A stretch of DNA of 64,000 nucleotides from an uncultured virus (IMG/VR IMGVR_UViG_3300044632_001415) (taxonomy: Duplodnaviria > Heunggongvirae > Uroviricota > Caudoviricetes): the IMG/VR virus record IMGVR_UViG_3300044632_001415. One strand, 5' to 3'. A program made the position numbers and the translations under genes. Shown one piece after another: positions 47,223-57,017 of the stretch. Positions within the stretch are counted from its first letter, which is position 1; every line of letters starts with the position of its first letter. The notes under the pieces are model-generated. The model searched no databases. It saw nothing but the letters and a program-made list of their open reading frames with translations, and was not told where the DNA came from.

Positions 47223-48411
47223 CTCCTTTATTTTTTAGTTTGTACGCAAATCTAACTGGAGATGGAGAAGACTTTTCTTCTGTTTCTATATATTTATCTC
47301 CAACTTTAATCCATTTCTTTTTTTGCTCCAAAGAACACTCACCACAACCAACGCCAACAGCATTTGCTCTCTCACACGTATATGGTCTACCGCCAATTCC
47401 GAGTTCTCTTCTTTTGACCCAGTCTCTTATGTGGCTATTAGATTTTTCCCAATTGTAATCGTCGCAATTACTAAGTATTTCATGAAGAAATTTTATTGAA
47501 TCTTCACTGTAAGTAAGTATGGAACATAGGAATAATCTAGCTTCATGTTCAAGAAATTTTTTCTCTTTTGCTTGATCATATAATCTTTGTACGGCGGTGC
47601 AGCCTGTTAGTAGTTTTTCTTTTGTAAATTCTCTTTCTGATTCATCTAACTTTTTAAACGCAGATGAACCATATTTATTGAAGTAAGACATAAAATCTTT
47701 TGATTTTTCTTTTTCAATTTCTAAATCATATGTAAAATCTCTAAACCACTCATTAGCTTTAGAGTTAAATGATTGATCAATTACAATGTTGCTGAATCTA
47801 TTTACGCAATATTGTTTAATAGTATCCATATTAGTATATAGTAAATCCACATTAATTTTATTCTTATAAAGTAATGTATCTTGATGCATTGTACCTTCAA
47901 GGCGCCACATTCTTCTTGGATCGTAAACACTAAAATCTAAAGATGTAAGATTTAATTTATCGTTTACTTTGTTTGCAATATGCCTAAAAATTTCTGGTAG
48001 TTTATTAGATGGATTAATCCCAAGAGCAACAGCTTCGCACTCGATGTGAAAACCTTTTTTGCCAGTAAAGTAAACAATAATAGATTCTTCAGGAATATAC
48101 TGCAATAGGTATTCTTTTAATCTAATGGTTTCCTCTAATGATATATCACCATTGGTGTTATCTAGATCAAAATATAATGAACTTAATCTTGTTGATTTTT
48201 CAATATCTGGATAATTATATTTCCATATAGATGTATACAATCCAGTATTATCATTGTCTTCCCTAAAAAAAGGAATATCTTCATCGGTTATAAATGTAGT
48301 TTTATCTCCAGATTTAACTCTAATAACTCTATTAAGGGAGGGAACATATTTAGCTATTTCTACATATTTCCAAGAAGATAAAAACTTATTTGATCTTTCA
48401 CAAATTTTCAT
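47209..48411 (-). CDS. archaeo-eukaryotic primase (AEP) fused to PriL-like Fe-S domain
   Basis: LYFDLD, FTGKKGFHI, D.SVY...R.WRL; C-terminal C...L.HEARLFL...PYTC.......C..C. Confidence 0.8.
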   Translation of the reverse strand: MKICERSNKFLSSWKYVEIAKYVPSLNRVIRVKSGDKTTFITDEDIPFFREDNDNTGLYTSIWKYNYPDIEKSTRLSSLYFDLDNTNGDISLEETIRLKEYLLQYIPEESIIVYFTGKKGFHIECEAVALGINPSNKLPEIFRHIANKVNDKLNLTSLDFSVYDPRRMWRLEGTMHQDTLLYKNKINVDLLYTNMDTIKQYCVNRFSNIVIDQSFNSKANEWFRDFTYDLEIEKEKSKDFMSYFNKYGSSAFKKLDESEREFTKEKLLTGCTAVQRLYDQAKEKKFLEHEARLFLCSILTYSEDSIKFLHEILSNCDDYNWEKSNSHIRDWVKRRELGIGGRPYTCERANAVGVGCGECSLEQKKKWIKVGDKYIETEEKSSPSPVRFAYKLKNKGGENV

Positions 48412-48590
48412 ATAATTTTGACCCTACAATCATCATGTTTTATATTTAGAATAGATATTTTTGGATAACAAAAATTATCTGAGTGAGTCCTATAATAGAC
48501 TGACTCTTCTATTATATCTTCTAGATTGGAAAAAAGATATATTCTTTTAGATATTCTTTCTTCTATGTTATTGTCTTGTCCATTTATCAT
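48408..48590 (-). CDS. hypothetical protein
   Basis: overlaps both neighbours in the operon. Confidence 0.45.
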   Translation of the reverse strand: MINGQDNNIEERISKRIYLFSNLEDIIEESVYYRTHSDNFCYPKISILNIKHDDCRVKII

Positions 48591-49236
48591 TTATAAGTCC
48601 GCTATCATCTATGTATGTATGTAACTTAGAGGCTATATTGTCCGCTACATGAACTATATAATCCATGTAAGTAATTGGATAAGTTTCTGGAATAGGAGAC
48701 CACGGCCCAAGATGACATCTCACTAATCTCAAAATAGATTGTATTGTTTCTTCTTGCATAAACAAAGACGAAGAGTGCGCATCGTTTGCATATTTTTTAT
48801 CGTGGCTTATTACATTGGATACAAATTTATTTACTGTGTACGGATGCATCGGGTCATACTGAAAGGTGTCATCAGAGTGATTCACCCCTTTAGTTATATC
48901 GTGTAAAAGACATGCTGCCAGTATGACGTCTCGCTCCTCTTGGGAGACACTATACGAATCACACATAGTATCAGCTATTCTTGTAACTCTTTTTGTATGC
49001 AGTACATTACCGCCGTGCCCGTGCTCATCCGGTGGGTGATATTTTCCAGAAAAACTTGATGGAACTATCCAAAAATCAGATGCCTGCAGTAATACGGATC
49101 TAACGAAAGACTTAATTACTTCATCTGAAATAAGATTTATTTCACCTAAAAGAGCGTCTAGGTAATCGTCTTCTTGTTGCGTGTATACACTTTTATCCTC
49201 TTCGAGGATATCATCTAATATACTTTTCTTATTCAT
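48568..49236 (-). CDS. HD-domain phosphohydrolase (YhaM-like HD, no OB fold)
   Basis: PSS.SGKYH...GG.V.HT, ACLLHDITK, H.G.W, HVAD. Confidence 0.82.
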   Translation of the reverse strand: MNKKSILDDILEEDKSVYTQQEDDYLDALLGEINLISDEVIKSFVRSVLLQASDFWIVPSSFSGKYHPPDEHGHGGNVLHTKRVTRIADTMCDSYSVSQEERDVILAACLLHDITKGVNHSDDTFQYDPMHPYTVNKFVSNVISHDKKYANDAHSSSLFMQEETIQSILRLVRCHLGPWSPIPETYPITYMDYIVHVADNIASKLHTYIDDSGLINDKWTRQ

Positions 49237-50012
49237 TTCCATCCTGTCCATTTTGAGCATGGTTCGTCAAAGGGGCATTTCTTGCAATAGGAAATTAAAC
49301 CTCTTCTTGGAACAAATAGTTCTTTAGAAGATATTGTATCACACCAGTACTCAAAAGCGTCAACGTCTTCTTGTGTTATTTCATATTCAATAAATTGATG
49401 GCTATTAGATACTAGATCGATATACCCAAATTTTGTTTTACTTAATCTGCCTGGGTGTTTATTTTTAAAACCAAGATACATTGAAGTAAAATCAACTTGA
49501 TACATATGTCTATGATTTGTTTTATAATTAAATAAAAATTTAATAACAAAATTATTTTCTCCATTAGAATAAATTAAATCAAATTTATCTTCAATTTTTG
49601 AATTTGAACCCGAAAAAGCAAAGTAGTCGTCGCTAATTGATATTGGTATGAATTTGGTATCAGAGTATGTTTCGTAAAATTTTAAAAGCAGTGCTGCGGC
49701 TTTAGAGGTTAAATTAGCTACATTGCCATACATGCTTTCATGTTGTTCAGTTATTATATCGTAATGGTCTGTATTTTTTGGAAACCATAATTTTTCCCAC
49801 CTATTTAATAACGATGCGTACGAGGGGGTAATGCCAGCTTGTTTTTTAAACCAAAAATAATACAGAATGTTTTTAATTGTTATTTCAAATTTATTAGTGT
49901 ATATATCTCTAGAATAAATTTTTTCAGAAAGCTCTTGTTTATATCTGTAGTCATATAATCTTTCACATGTTTGGAAATCTTTTATTGCAGCTACCGTTAG
50001 TTTTAACATCAA
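49233..50012 (-). CDS. degenerate RecB/Cas4-like protein
   Basis: F.TC.R.Y.Y N-terminus and CKKCPF...C C-terminus; D-x-K motif replaced by VIKFLF. Confidence 0.6.
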   Translation of the reverse strand: MMLKLTVAAIKDFQTCERLYDYRYKQELSEKIYSRDIYTNKFEITIKNILYYFWFKKQAGITPSYASLLNRWEKLWFPKNTDHYDIITEQHESMYGNVANLTSKAAALLLKFYETYSDTKFIPISISDDYFAFSGSNSKIEDKFDLIYSNGENNFVIKFLFNYKTNHRHMYQVDFTSMYLGFKNKHPGRLSKTKFGYIDLVSNSHQFIEYEITQEDVDAFEYWCDTISSKELFVPRRGLISYCKKCPFDEPCSKWTGWK

Positions 50013-51472
50013 TCAAAACCCTCTCCATTTAATAATTGCTGAAGATCAGAATCTTTTTCATACATTGAATCATCAGCTATTTCATATTGTTCATATATTT
50101 TCTTTTCATCATTGTACCTAACCAAAGGAGGATCATACAAAAATGCTGAACCAGTAATTCTATTTTTAGGTATTTGAAGCTGCATAACATTTTCATCTTC
50201 AGTATCGTCATTTGTTGCAAGTCTTTTTTCTGTTATAAATATTGTGACTGCACACTTTTGCTGAATAGCTAGTGAACCACCAGTATCAGATTGTTGAACA
50301 ACTTCACGCTTTTCCTTCATTCTATTTGAATTTTCTTGTGCTGTAATTATTAAAACACAATTCATATCTCTAGCTAGCTTTTCTAACCTAACCATCATTT
50401 CTTCAAATTCACCCCAGCGTGGCTTTCCTTTGCCGCTACCCCTAGTGAACATTGATTGAATAGTGTCTATAATAACTACATCTGGAAGTTTGTCATTATG
50501 GCCAATTAAATCTCTTAACCAAATTTCTAAGTCTTCAAAATACGGAGTTTCTGGATCGTGTCTAACCATGAGACGATCTCCCCACTGCTTTAATTTATTA
50601 GTAAATATTTTGATATATTCTTTTTTTTGATCCTGAGTCCATTTATCGACTTCTGCATATACGTTTTTACCTATTATTTGAGTCATCAATACTCTTTCCC
50701 AGTGACCCAATGCTTCTTCAAAGTTTACGTACAAGACTCTATAGCCAGTATCTAACCAATGATTAGCTAGACATTTAGCAAACGTACTTTTACCTTTACC
50801 TGAGGGTGCAATTATTGCATGTACAGCGCCTTTAAAGAATCCACCGTCATCAGTATAGCCCATTGCTCTATTGAGCGATTTAAATTGCGTTGGCATAAAG
50901 TCAGGTACATTTAAGAGACTATCGGCTCTCCCTATAATGTCATCTGCTGTTGTCAGTTTCTCGAACGGATTATATTTAATTGAACTTTCTAAATCTTTTA
51001 TTGATAATGTTAAAAGACTTATACGATCTATATCTTCTGGAGATTTATTACCTTTTTTGTTAATTAGAATTTGTAATTCTTGTAGATAATTAATTTGCTT
51101 TCTTTTATTAGCTTTATGTTTAAGAAGTTCTACAATTGATTCTTTATCTGTTGAGTTAACACTTAATATATAATCCAACATAACAGATACTCCAGCGGCA
51201 CCGCCTAGTGCATCATATATATCTGTTTCTTCTGATAACCATGATCTAAAGGCAATTGGATCTACCTTTTGTAGATTAGTAGATTTATAAAAAGCTAAAA
51301 AAGCTTGATACAATTCATATACACCTTTTTCTCCATGTATCAAGCCAACAATTTCTTGTGGGAGATTTTCACTAAAGTATTCAATTGCCCCATCCTGCTT
51401 TAGGCATAGTGAGAAGGCTTGATATTCAAGTGGTGTTTCCTGGAACTGCTCTACTTCATCTAGTGTCATCAA
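50009..51472 (-). CDS. dnaB: DnaB-like replicative helicase
   Basis: APSGKGKST Walker A, YVNFE, VIIDTIQ Walker B, LEKLARDMNC.LI.TAQ.N, KNR. Confidence 0.88.
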   Translation of the reverse strand: MMTLDEVEQFQETPLEYQAFSLCLKQDGAIEYFSENLPQEIVGLIHGEKGVYELYQAFLAFYKSTNLQKVDPIAFRSWLSEETDIYDALGGAAGVSVMLDYILSVNSTDKESIVELLKHKANKRKQINYLQELQILINKKGNKSPEDIDRISLLTLSIKDLESSIKYNPFEKLTTADDIIGRADSLLNVPDFMPTQFKSLNRAMGYTDDGGFFKGAVHAIIAPSGKGKSTFAKCLANHWLDTGYRVLYVNFEEALGHWERVLMTQIIGKNVYAEVDKWTQDQKKEYIKIFTNKLKQWGDRLMVRHDPETPYFEDLEIWLRDLIGHNDKLPDVVIIDTIQSMFTRGSGKGKPRWGEFEEMMVRLEKLARDMNCVLIITAQENSNRMKEKREVVQQSDTGGSLAIQQKCAVTIFITEKRLATNDDTEDENVMQLQIPKNRITGSAFLYDPPLVRYNDEKKIYEQYEIADDSMYEKDSDLQQLLNGEGFD

Positions 51473-52103
51473 TTTTTTTGCCTTTTATTTTTCTATAAAG
51501 ATCTTTTTTATATTGAGAATTTTTCTTTTTCATTTCCTGATAATACTTTGAAGATGTAATGGATTTTTTAACGCTATTTTTTTCTAGCATTGGCGTAGAT
51601 CTAATTGCTTCAAGCATTCTATTATACACGCTTGTTTCAGTTAATGAATCATTGTAGCGAAATACAATAAGTGCTATTCCATTTTCTTTACACCATTCAG
51701 CTTTTTTAATATCTCTTTTTTGAGCTTCTTCAAACTCGTAGCGAGAAGGAAAAAATCTAGAAGTATAATAAAAATGTTGACGACCGTGATATTCTGCAGC
51801 TATGGCATAGCTAGGGCAATACACATCTAATCTCATTTTGTCGCCAATATGAAATTCATTAATAATTTCTTCACTAGGAAGAAGTTTTTGCATTACAGCA
51901 GTAAGTGCAGTTTGCCCTCTAGACATTTTTTTTCTAGATTGTTTCAACCAAGACAGTCCAAGTTGATTTATTCTAGAATTAACATCTGAAATAGATACGC
52001 CTAGTTCATTCGCTATTTGACTGATAGACATTGATGTTTCTAGTAGAAGATCTACTAGAAACTCAATATCATCATCACTAATGTCCTTTTTACTTTTAGA
52101 CAT
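51456..52103 (-). CDS. HTH plus Vsr/DUF559-like endonuclease
   Basis: SISQIANELGVS; LDVY......EYHGRQH...RD.KK...C...GI.L. Confidence 0.75.
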   Translation of the reverse strand: MSKSKKDISDDDIEFLVDLLLETSMSISQIANELGVSISDVNSRINQLGLSWLKQSRKKMSRGQTALTAVMQKLLPSEEIINEFHIGDKMRLDVYCPSYAIAAEYHGRQHFYYTSRFFPSRYEFEEAQKRDIKKAEWCKENGIALIVFRYNDSLTETSVYNRMLEAIRSTPMLEKNSVKKSITSSKYYQEMKKKNSQYKKDLYRKIKGKKIDDTR

Positions 52104-52105
52104 AT

Positions 52106-52741
52106 TTAGTTTTGTTGCGCCATTGCCTTTGTTAAACTAACGACTTTACCTGTATCTATTATAGACATATCTAAATTCTCCCAAATTTTGGACGCCAAAG
52201 CCAGACCCAATACTCCACAATCAAACAGGCAGTAATCTACACCTTCATTAAATTCAGATATCTGAGCGTATACATTATCTAGTTTGTCATAGTAGTTATG
52301 AAATGGTACATTGATAACATGACAGTTGAATCCAAAAACTCTTTGAACTATTTTTTTATCATGAAAAGACACAACTAATTTTGGTGTATTTCTTATAAAG
52401 TAATTTATAAGAGTATCATAAATTTCTTTATTGTTCAGTAAATAATATTCAAATATATTAGAATAAACATATTCTGAATTTTTATTTAAGCCTATTTTAA
52501 AGTGTTTGCCAGATTCAATATATGGGATAAGGGAGTTTGAAATGGCTTTCATTACATTTTTATCAGTATTTTTTAATGAATTAAGAACACCTTTAGCAAA
52601 GTGTGGAGGAAAAGGATTTTCACTATTTTTATTTAAAGCAACAATTGATGACTTTGGAATATTAACATAGGCAAACTTTTCTCTTTTATTCATTGCTAAA
52701 CTTAATTTAGTAGTTGATTCAGTTACATTTAGTATAGTCAT
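52106..52741 (-). CDS. GT-D-fold (DUF1792-like) protein
   Basis: C-terminal 'I.VP..NYY.....Y.QI......YCLF.CG..G..LA..I......IIDTG'. Confidence 0.55.
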   Translation of the reverse strand: MTILNVTESTTKLSLAMNKREKFAYVNIPKSSIVALNKNSENPFPPHFAKGVLNSLKNTDKNVMKAISNSLIPYIESGKHFKIGLNKNSEYVYSNIFEYYLLNNKEIYDTLINYFIRNTPKLVVSFHDKKIVQRVFGFNCHVINVPFHNYYDKLDNVYAQISEFNEGVDYCLFDCGVLGLALASKIWENLDMSIIDTGKVVSLTKAMAQQN

Positions 52742-52752
52742 TTTATTTCCAA

Positions 52753-53445
52753 TCAGATTCCAAAATTACCCCAGTCAATTAAGACTGGATTTTCGTCGAC
52801 AATAGAATTTATGTGCTCGATTTGATGAAACTCTCCACCATCTAACTCTGAATATCTAGCGTGCTTTATTTTTTTATCAAGATCATTAATATAGCCAAGA
52901 TGTTGCATGATTAGACTGCTGTTTAACCAATAGTTTCTTTTGTTGATCCATTCCCTAACATAAGAAGGTTCTGAGCCACATGCTAATTTTCTATTTACAA
53001 ACGCGCCGTTGTCAAGAAATCTAAAAATTCTACTACTATTATTTGGTGTCCAAAGTTTATCAACTCTATATTGAGTTTCATTCCACATGTGATAAAAGCG
53101 AACATTGACTACATCAAAAGGTGAAGTTGCTAGAACATCACGTATTGGTAAGTCATTAGTATGAAATAACTTTTCATCACAATCAATTGCAATAACCCAG
53201 TCACCTACGCTGGCATATTTTTCTAAATTACTCCAGGCAAATGCTCTTAGTTGACCTTCATTTTGAGTAAACAACTGCTCCGGTGTCTGAAAAACTTCTG
53301 CATATTTTGCAGCTATCTCTGGAGTATTATCGGTAGAACAGTCATCGGTAAAAATAATTTTATCTACTTGAGTAGATAATCTTTCTAAAACTTCTTCTAA
53401 AAATCTAGAAGATTCATTGCGCCCAATCATTTGTGCGAATATCAT
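52753..53445 (-). CDS. glycosyltransferase family 2
   Basis: RNE...L...L, VD.II..DDCSTD.T, WVIAIDCDE, HLGY. Confidence 0.85.
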   Translation of the reverse strand: MIFAQMIGRNESSRFLEEVLERLSTQVDKIIFTDDCSTDNTPEIAAKYAEVFQTPEQLFTQNEGQLRAFAWSNLEKYASVGDWVIAIDCDEKLFHTNDLPIRDVLATSPFDVVNVRFYHMWNETQYRVDKLWTPNNSSRIFRFLDNGAFVNRKLACGSEPSYVREWINKRNYWLNSSLIMQHLGYINDLDKKIKHARYSELDGGEFHQIEHINSIVDENPVLIDWGNFGI

Positions 53446-53465
53446 ATAATTCCAATCTTTTTTAA

Positions 53466-53499
53466 AGGCAGAAAGGGGGATTACTCCCCCCTTCTGCCT
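53466..53499 (-). terminator. hairpin/terminator
   Basis: AGGCAGAAGGGGGGA-loop-TCCCCCTTTCTGCCT on the minus strand. Confidence 0.65.
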
Positions 53500-53530
53500 A
53501 ACCAACAAGTACTAGACTTTAATGAGTTGT

Positions 53531-53722
53531 TCAGCCTACGAGCTGCTCATGAGCCTCTGCAGCCGAGATTCGCTCAATCTCAACATCTTTAATGATCAAC
53601 TCACCAAGAGTGCCAACTGGGCGACGATTGCTCATTGCAATCTTCTCCGCGTCTGTCTTATTATTTGCCTTAACAACTGCAGTTGTTGTTACGGTGAAAT
53701 ACTTAAACTTGTTATCTGACAT
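53531..53722 (-). CDS. small hypothetical protein, possibly highly expressed
   Basis: GAAAGG RBS; GC-richer codons; own downstream hairpin. Confidence 0.65.
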   Translation of the reverse strand: MSDNKFKYFTVTTTAVVKANNKTDAEKIAMSNRRPVGTLGELIIKDVEIERISAAEAHEQLVG

Positions 53723-53736
53723 TGTATTGCCTTTCG

Positions 53737-54141
53737 TTATATTGATGGATAATTAATTGCGATATATTCTATCGCATCTTGCATTGTTGGTGCAAGCTTT
53801 GTTGCCATATATTTTAGATAAACTCTGTTCTTATTAGAGTCACAGCAAAAAACAACTGCTGGCTGATCATTGAACTTTGCCCAAGCTAGTTCAAAATCAG
53901 TACCTATATATGCGCGATCTTGTAACATGTATTCTACCAGAATGATATCCGCTCTGCGTTGCATGAATAGATTTTTTTCAACTATTTCTTCAGGAGTTTC
54001 ATAATCCCTACCAATAATAGTCATTGGATCTAATACATCATAACCTGCAAGATGCAGTGCCTTGGTAGCAGACTTACGCCAAAAGCGACCGTAGTCTTCA
54101 ACACCCTCAATTGCTCCTGAAAGAAATACTTTAAGCGGCAT
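53737..54141 (-). CDS. nucleoside 2-deoxyribosyltransferase/N-glycosidase-like protein
   Basis: VFLSG.I...WR......V.DP...IV......ADIILV...GT.FE..WA. Confidence 0.78.
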   Translation of the reverse strand: MPLKVFLSGAIEGVEDYGRFWRKSATKALHLAGYDVLDPMTIIGRDYETPEEIVEKNLFMQRRADIILVEYMLQDRAYIGTDFELAWAKFNDQPAVVFCCDSNKNRVYLKYMATKLAPTMQDAIEYIAINYPSI

Positions 54142-54550
54142 ATGCTACTCCTGGCCAGTAATATTCTAGGTCATTTGGTTCATCAAAATACTGTGAATAA
54201 TATCCAAAGTCTTTACGAAGAAGATTTGATCTATGTGATCTATGGAATTCTTCATTACCAAACCAAGCTGGCATTAAGATAGTCTCTGGTTCTATTTCTT
54301 CGTATTGCATATTATTATTATATCCTCTACGAACCCATTCGCGGATAGTCGTATTTTGATACAATTTTAGGGCTGACTCATAACCAGTCCACATTAACGT
54401 GACTGGATGATTTCGCCAACCTTTCGTAGGCGTTCTTTCAAGTAGAATATTAAGAACTTGAAATGTTTCAACACGTTGCTTTCCCAATCTACGATAGTCC
54501 AATACTTCTACTGACTTTTGAAAATCAGCATATGGTAAAAATGTTTGCAC
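54131..54550 (-). CDS. MSMEG_6728-family / pyrimidine-dimer DNA glycosylase-like protein
   Basis: MQTFLPY.DF.....LD.RRLGKQRVE..Q, GW.NHP...MW.GY, H.SHRSNLLRKD, YYWP. Confidence 0.85.
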   Translation of the reverse strand: MQTFLPYADFQKSVEVLDYRRLGKQRVETFQVLNILLERTPTKGWRNHPVTLMWTGYESALKLYQNTTIREWVRRGYNNNMQYEEIEPETILMPAWFGNEEFHRSHRSNLLRKDFGYYSQYFDEPNDLEYYWPGVAYAA

Positions 54551-54551
54551 T

Positions 54552-54950
54552 TTAATCCTTTTTAAATTCAGTGAATGTTTTGTCGCCTACGCCAAAGTAT
54601 TCTCTAGCTAGTCCGGAAGCTATTATAGCATCATTGAGACACTCTCCGGCTTCATTCCATACTTTTGCTAGAACTCTTCCATACTTTTCGTTCTTGTCAA
54701 TTATAGTTTCTATCTTAACCTTATGATTCGCAGCTGTCAACCATTGATCAGTAAATTCTTTTGCAGCTAAGCCCATTTTCTTTTCTTCAATATTGGAAGT
54801 ACGACTCTCTGGAGTATTAACTCCATAAAGGCGAACTCTACCTTTCTTCAAAACATCAAAACCAAGATCAATAACAATATCGAAGGTATCACCATCAATT
54901 GTCTTCTTGACCTCTGCATTGTAGATCCAGGGGTTTAATTTAACTTTCAT
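54552..54950 (-). CDS. thermonuclease (SNase-family)
   Basis: IDGDT.D..IDLGF, RVRLYGVNTPE, KYGRVLA, LN......GLA. Confidence 0.88.
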   Translation of the reverse strand: MKVKLNPWIYNAEVKKTIDGDTFDIVIDLGFDVLKKGRVRLYGVNTPESRTSNIEEKKMGLAAKEFTDQWLTAANHKVKIETIIDKNEKYGRVLAKVWNEAGECLNDAIIASGLAREYFGVGDKTFTEFKKD

Positions 54951-54951
54951 A

Positions 54952-55752
54952 TCAATCTCTTTCTATTCCTATAGTGTCACATGCTTTTCTAAATATTTCT
55001 CTACTTATTGCAAACTTTTTATCAGCTTCCCCTCCAACTGGAGAAGATTTATGCCAGCTATGCCCTATTGATACAGTCCCATCGTAAACAACATTATAGC
55101 CTCTATGTCTAGCAAAATAAGAGCACCATGTTTCCTCGTAATAGTGAGGTGTAGGTAAGAAGGCTCCCGTAGAATCTGGAAACATTTCCTTATATTCTAA
55201 GTCATTTGATAATGAATTCCAAACATCTCTGCGCACAAAATAAGCTGAACCAGATACTGTAACGCAATCAACTCTATCTCTATATAGATGATCTTCAGGA
55301 TCATGCTCTCTCCAGCCGCGGTGCTTTGGCTGAGTATTCGTTCCAATTATTCCAGCGTGTGTTATATAACCATTTTCATCTCTTTGCTTTGGGCCAAGGA
55401 TGTGAACTTTTTTATCCTCTTGAAAGATTTTATCTATTTCATATATAGATCTGCTATCAGCCCATATGTCAGCATTAACAAGCGCAATAGTATCCGAGTC
55501 TCCAAGTGCGGCTAATTGATTACATGCTGCGGAGTATCCAATGTTATCATTTAATTTTAATTTATCTATATGATATCTAGATTGATTAAATCTCAACCAG
55601 TCCACACTATCATCTATTGATCCATTATCTGCTATATAAAGTCTCCATTTCTTAGGAGATGCGTGCAGGTCATTGTGTAGACAATCTAATAATCTATTAA
55701 GCAGTGGTCTTGTATTGTAGTTAATTACACATATATCAATCAAATTAAACAC
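54952..55752 (-). CDS. glycosyltransferase family 2
   Basis: VINYNT, DNGS.D, NIGY.AACN, LVNAD, V.GS....RR, YYEET. Confidence 0.88.
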   Translation of the reverse strand: MFNLIDICVINYNTRPLLNRLLDCLHNDLHASPKKWRLYIADNGSIDDSVDWLRFNQSRYHIDKLKLNDNIGYSAACNQLAALGDSDTIALVNADIWADSRSIYEIDKIFQEDKKVHILGPKQRDENGYITHAGIIGTNTQPKHRGWREHDPEDHLYRDRVDCVTVSGSAYFVRRDVWNSLSNDLEYKEMFPDSTGAFLPTPHYYEETWCSYFARHRGYNVVYDGTVSIGHSWHKSSPVGGEADKKFAISREIFRKACDTIGIERD

Positions 55753-55999
55753 CCTCTTCTATTAGGATTTCAAAAGCTGCTTCTGGACTAATTCCAAAAT
55801 CAACAAATGTTAAAAACTTATCTTCTACTAAATACATTATTTCATGATCATAAAATTCTTTAAGCCTATTTAAATATTGGGCTAATGATGGTCCAGTAAT
55901 TTTTTCTTTAATAGATTTATTAGACATAAATTTAATAGATACAAAACCTATAACTAAAGAAGTAATAATTACTTTTTTAATAGTATTATTTATTGCCAT
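55745..55999 (-). CDS. hypothetical protein with N-terminal TM
   Basis: hydrophobic N-terminus; operon coupling. Confidence 0.5.
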   Translation of the reverse strand: MAINNTIKKVIITSLVIGFVSIKFMSNKSIKEKITGPSLAQYLNRLKEFYDHEIMYLVEDKFLTFVDFGISPEAAFEILIEEGV

Positions 56000-56220
56000 T
56001 CGTCGTACTCTTCTTCTCCGCCATCATAATAAGTTTCCTGAACCTGTAATCTAATTGAGTCAGCTACGTCTTTATAGTATTGAATGTACTCTTCCTCAGC
56101 ATCCATGGAAACAAAGTCATATGTTTCTGCTATATGTAGGGCAATATCGCTATCAAAAACAAGGCACACTTGGCCTGGAAGTAGTTTTGCTATATGCTTT
56201 TTCTTAATACCTTTACTCAT
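55990..56220 (-). CDS. hypothetical protein
   Basis: AAGGA RBS; operon coupling. Confidence 0.55.
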   Translation of the reverse strand: MSKGIKKKHIAKLLPGQVCLVFDSDIALHIAETYDFVSMDAEEEYIQYYKDVADSIRLQVQETYYDGGEEEYDEWQ

Positions 56221-56416
56221 TTTCCTTTTCCTTATTTATTTTATGCAAACAGATGTTATTGGTATCTGGCTCAAAAGTTATAAAAAATATATTCTTTTTA
56301 GAAATATCTATACCTTCTGGCGGTGGACTTTCATCTGCTATTTTCTTAGAAGAGCAACCATATACTTGGCTGTGATCTTCATAGACTACAATATAATTAA
56401 GCTTTGATGCTGGCAT
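56213..56416 (-). CDS. hypothetical protein
   Basis: operon coupling. Confidence 0.5.
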   Translation of the reverse strand: MPASKLNYIVVYEDHSQVYGCSSKKIADESPPPEGIDISKKNIFFITFEPDTNNICLHKINKEKENE

Positions 56417-56864
56417 TTGTCACTTCTATCACTTGTTTTGAGTTTTCAACTAGAAAACTTTTTACTTTTTCCCAATCTAAATAATTATTATCTTTAATAT
56501 AATAGATTTTTTCTACTGTTGAATTAGCTATTAGCTTAGCGCAAGAAAAGCACGGGGGGCCATTTATATATATTTTTTTTGGTCTAGCTGAATAATCCGA
56601 ATGTAGGAATGCATTCGCTTCTGCGTGGATTGCTATACAATTGTCATACATAGATCCATTTGGTGAATTATCGGTAACTCTTGGACATCCTCCATCACTA
56701 CAGTGTACCATATTTTTTGGTCCACCGTTATATCCTACTCCGACAATGTGACCGTATTCATCGACCAGTATTGCAGCGTATTTTCTTTTAGAGCAGGTTG
56801 AGAAAATTTCTGACATAGATATACACATTTGTATATACTGAATATCTTTTTTCTTTAGATCCAT
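56397..56864 (-). CDS. dCMP deaminase
   Basis: STC, GYNG.P, IHAEANA, PCFSC. Confidence 0.88.
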   Translation of the reverse strand: MDLKKKDIQYIQMCISMSEIFSTCSKRKYAAILVDEYGHIVGVGYNGGPKNMVHCSDGGCPRVTDNSPNGSMYDNCIAIHAEANAFLHSDYSARPKKIYINGPPCFSCAKLIANSTVEKIYYIKDNNYLDWEKVKSFLVENSKQVIEVTNASIKA

Positions 56865-57016
56865 AATATTACTAATCCAGAACATAAACCAAAAATTACC
56901 GATAACAAAATAGCAGCGTATTTCTGTCTACCTTTTGATAGTGTTTGATTTAAAATTTGAATTGAAATGCACCAATTTAATAATAGTGAAAAAATAAATA
57001 ACTTTAAAATTTCCAT
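56855..57016 (-). CDS. small membrane protein (53 aa, not in ORF track)
   Basis: MEILKVFIFSLLLNWC...YAAILLSVIFGLCSGLVILWI*. Confidence 0.5.
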   Translation of the reverse strand: MEILKLFIFSLLLNWCISIQILNQTLSKGRQKYAAILLSVIFGLCSGLVILWI

Positions 57017-57017
57017 A

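Noticed and set aside
48568..49236. DatZ-like dATPase of a Z-genome (HD protein near a primase)
   Set aside because: Motifs fit YhaM-type HD domains, and no PurZ or MazZ gene is recognisable in the window.
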